DNA of 63,880 bases, the filler included, from Octopus bimaculoides (lineage: Eukaryota): assembly GCF_001194135.2 (NCBI RefSeq). It is 4 parts of 3 records of this genome, joined end to end, with 100 filler letters (N's around TTAATTAATTAA, not from the genome) between each part and the next. Parts side by side here need not be neighbours in the genome. Positions count along the whole stretch, not along the records: positions 62,549 to 63,880 come from NC_068995.1; 3 more parts are not named here. One strand, given 5' to 3'. Below are positions 62,753 to 63,880 of this stretch, in pieces. The notes beneath the pieces were generated by a model. It was not told the DNA's origin. It saw only the letters and a list, made by a program, of their open reading frames with translations, and searched no databases. Within the stretch, counting starts at the first letter, position 1; each line of letters starts with the position of its first letter. The position numbers were made by a program, and so were the translations under genes.

Positions 62753-63880
62753 CTGGAAAAACAAATTTTAACTGTGCGAGATTTGAACCCCGCACATAAC
62801 GGGAGATAATTTTGATTGACAGTTCAACCGATTCAGCCAGTTCAACAACAAAGCAACGGCACGCAGATTTAAGGAAGTCTTCCATCACATGTGGCCACCA
62901 TCAGTCGACATGTTTCTCACTCACGTTTGTCTGCAGAAAAATTTTCTTATCTTTTCTCTACAAAATATATACACCCAGCATTTTATCTAATTTATTATTT
63001 TATTTTAGTTCTTATTATTGTTGTTGATATAGTTGCCACTGCTGTTGTTGTTGTTCTTGTTCTTACAACATTCAAGAAAGAGGAGTTATGGTGGTGACAT
63101 ATACTCATGATAATGGTGGTGATGGTAGTGATGATGGTGGTGGTGGTGCTGCTGCTGATGATGATGCTGGTGCTGGTGGTTGATGTAAATCTATTTGTCC
63201 ATATCCATACGTAAAAGAATCCAACAAATCTGTTTCTACTCTTTATAACCCCAGGAGCACATCTATCGGTCTACTGGTTCCTGTCAGCGCTAGATAGGAG
63301 TTGTTCGCTCCTTTGTTTGCAATATAACGGACACAGATAGTGTGTCGTTAACCAGCTGGAGGAAATGTCCTCCTAGGGTTACAAAAGAGTAGTAACTGTG
63401 TTCTGTATGGAACAACCTCGTTGAAGTGCATTTCCTAAAGAGATTTTAGAACGGATGACACCAGGTAACCCCCAAACTGCGCCAAAGCTCTACTAAGCAC
63501 TTCAATCCACTAATCGACATATACCCATTAGTCCCAGATATCATATATGTGTGTGTGGGAGGTGTATGTATGTGTATGTATGTATATATATTACAGATAG
63601 GTACAGACAGTCAGAGAGAGAATGAGATAGACAGAGAGACAGACAGGCAGACGGACAGACAAGCAGGCGGGCAAGCAGACAAACAGACAGATATATATAC
63701 AGGGTGGAAAGTAATTAGTCATTAGAAATTGCTTATAGAATTTTTAGTATCACTGAAGTCATGACGAAAACAAATAAATAAAAAATAGATAGATACATTT
63801 CTTTTATTAGCCACACAGGGCTCAACGAAGATGGGACAAATACAATGTAGAGCTTTTCTTTTTGGGAGGGGGAAGGAAGG

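Overview
Eukaryotic, AT-rich, repeat-saturated draft-assembly DNA with many N gaps and dense (CA)n/(TA)n/(GA)n/(TAGA)n microsatellites. The SINE, RTE and Tc1/mariner content looks like an octopus (coleoid cephalopod) genome; this is inference from repeat style, not a database result. No complete protein-coding gene, rRNA, true tRNA or CRISPR array can be supported. The left ~22 kb is a CpG-depleted stack of old nested transposon remnants: Penelope-like GIY-YIG, hAT, three mariners, Tc1, a Gypsy LTR element, RTE and CR1/L2 LINEs. The right ~41 kb is CpG-rich, with younger SINEs, MITEs and several isolated splice-site-bounded candidate exons. The most notable observations are: (1) a TSD-flanked inverted dimer of a tRNA-headed SINE-like unit carrying a minimal type I hammerhead ribozyme (49154-49613), plus two unrelated hammerhead motifs, each with a local inverted duplication (59622-59661, 60835-60888); (2) a ~103-bp inverted repeat that base-pairs across a 29-nt exon-like unit (17221-17848), a possible ADAR/splicing substrate; (3) a sharp CpG boundary near 22-23 kb; (4) palindromic MITEs carrying telomeric TTAGGG repeats. 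Coordinates of degraded repeats are approximate. All alignments, counts and folds were done by eye.
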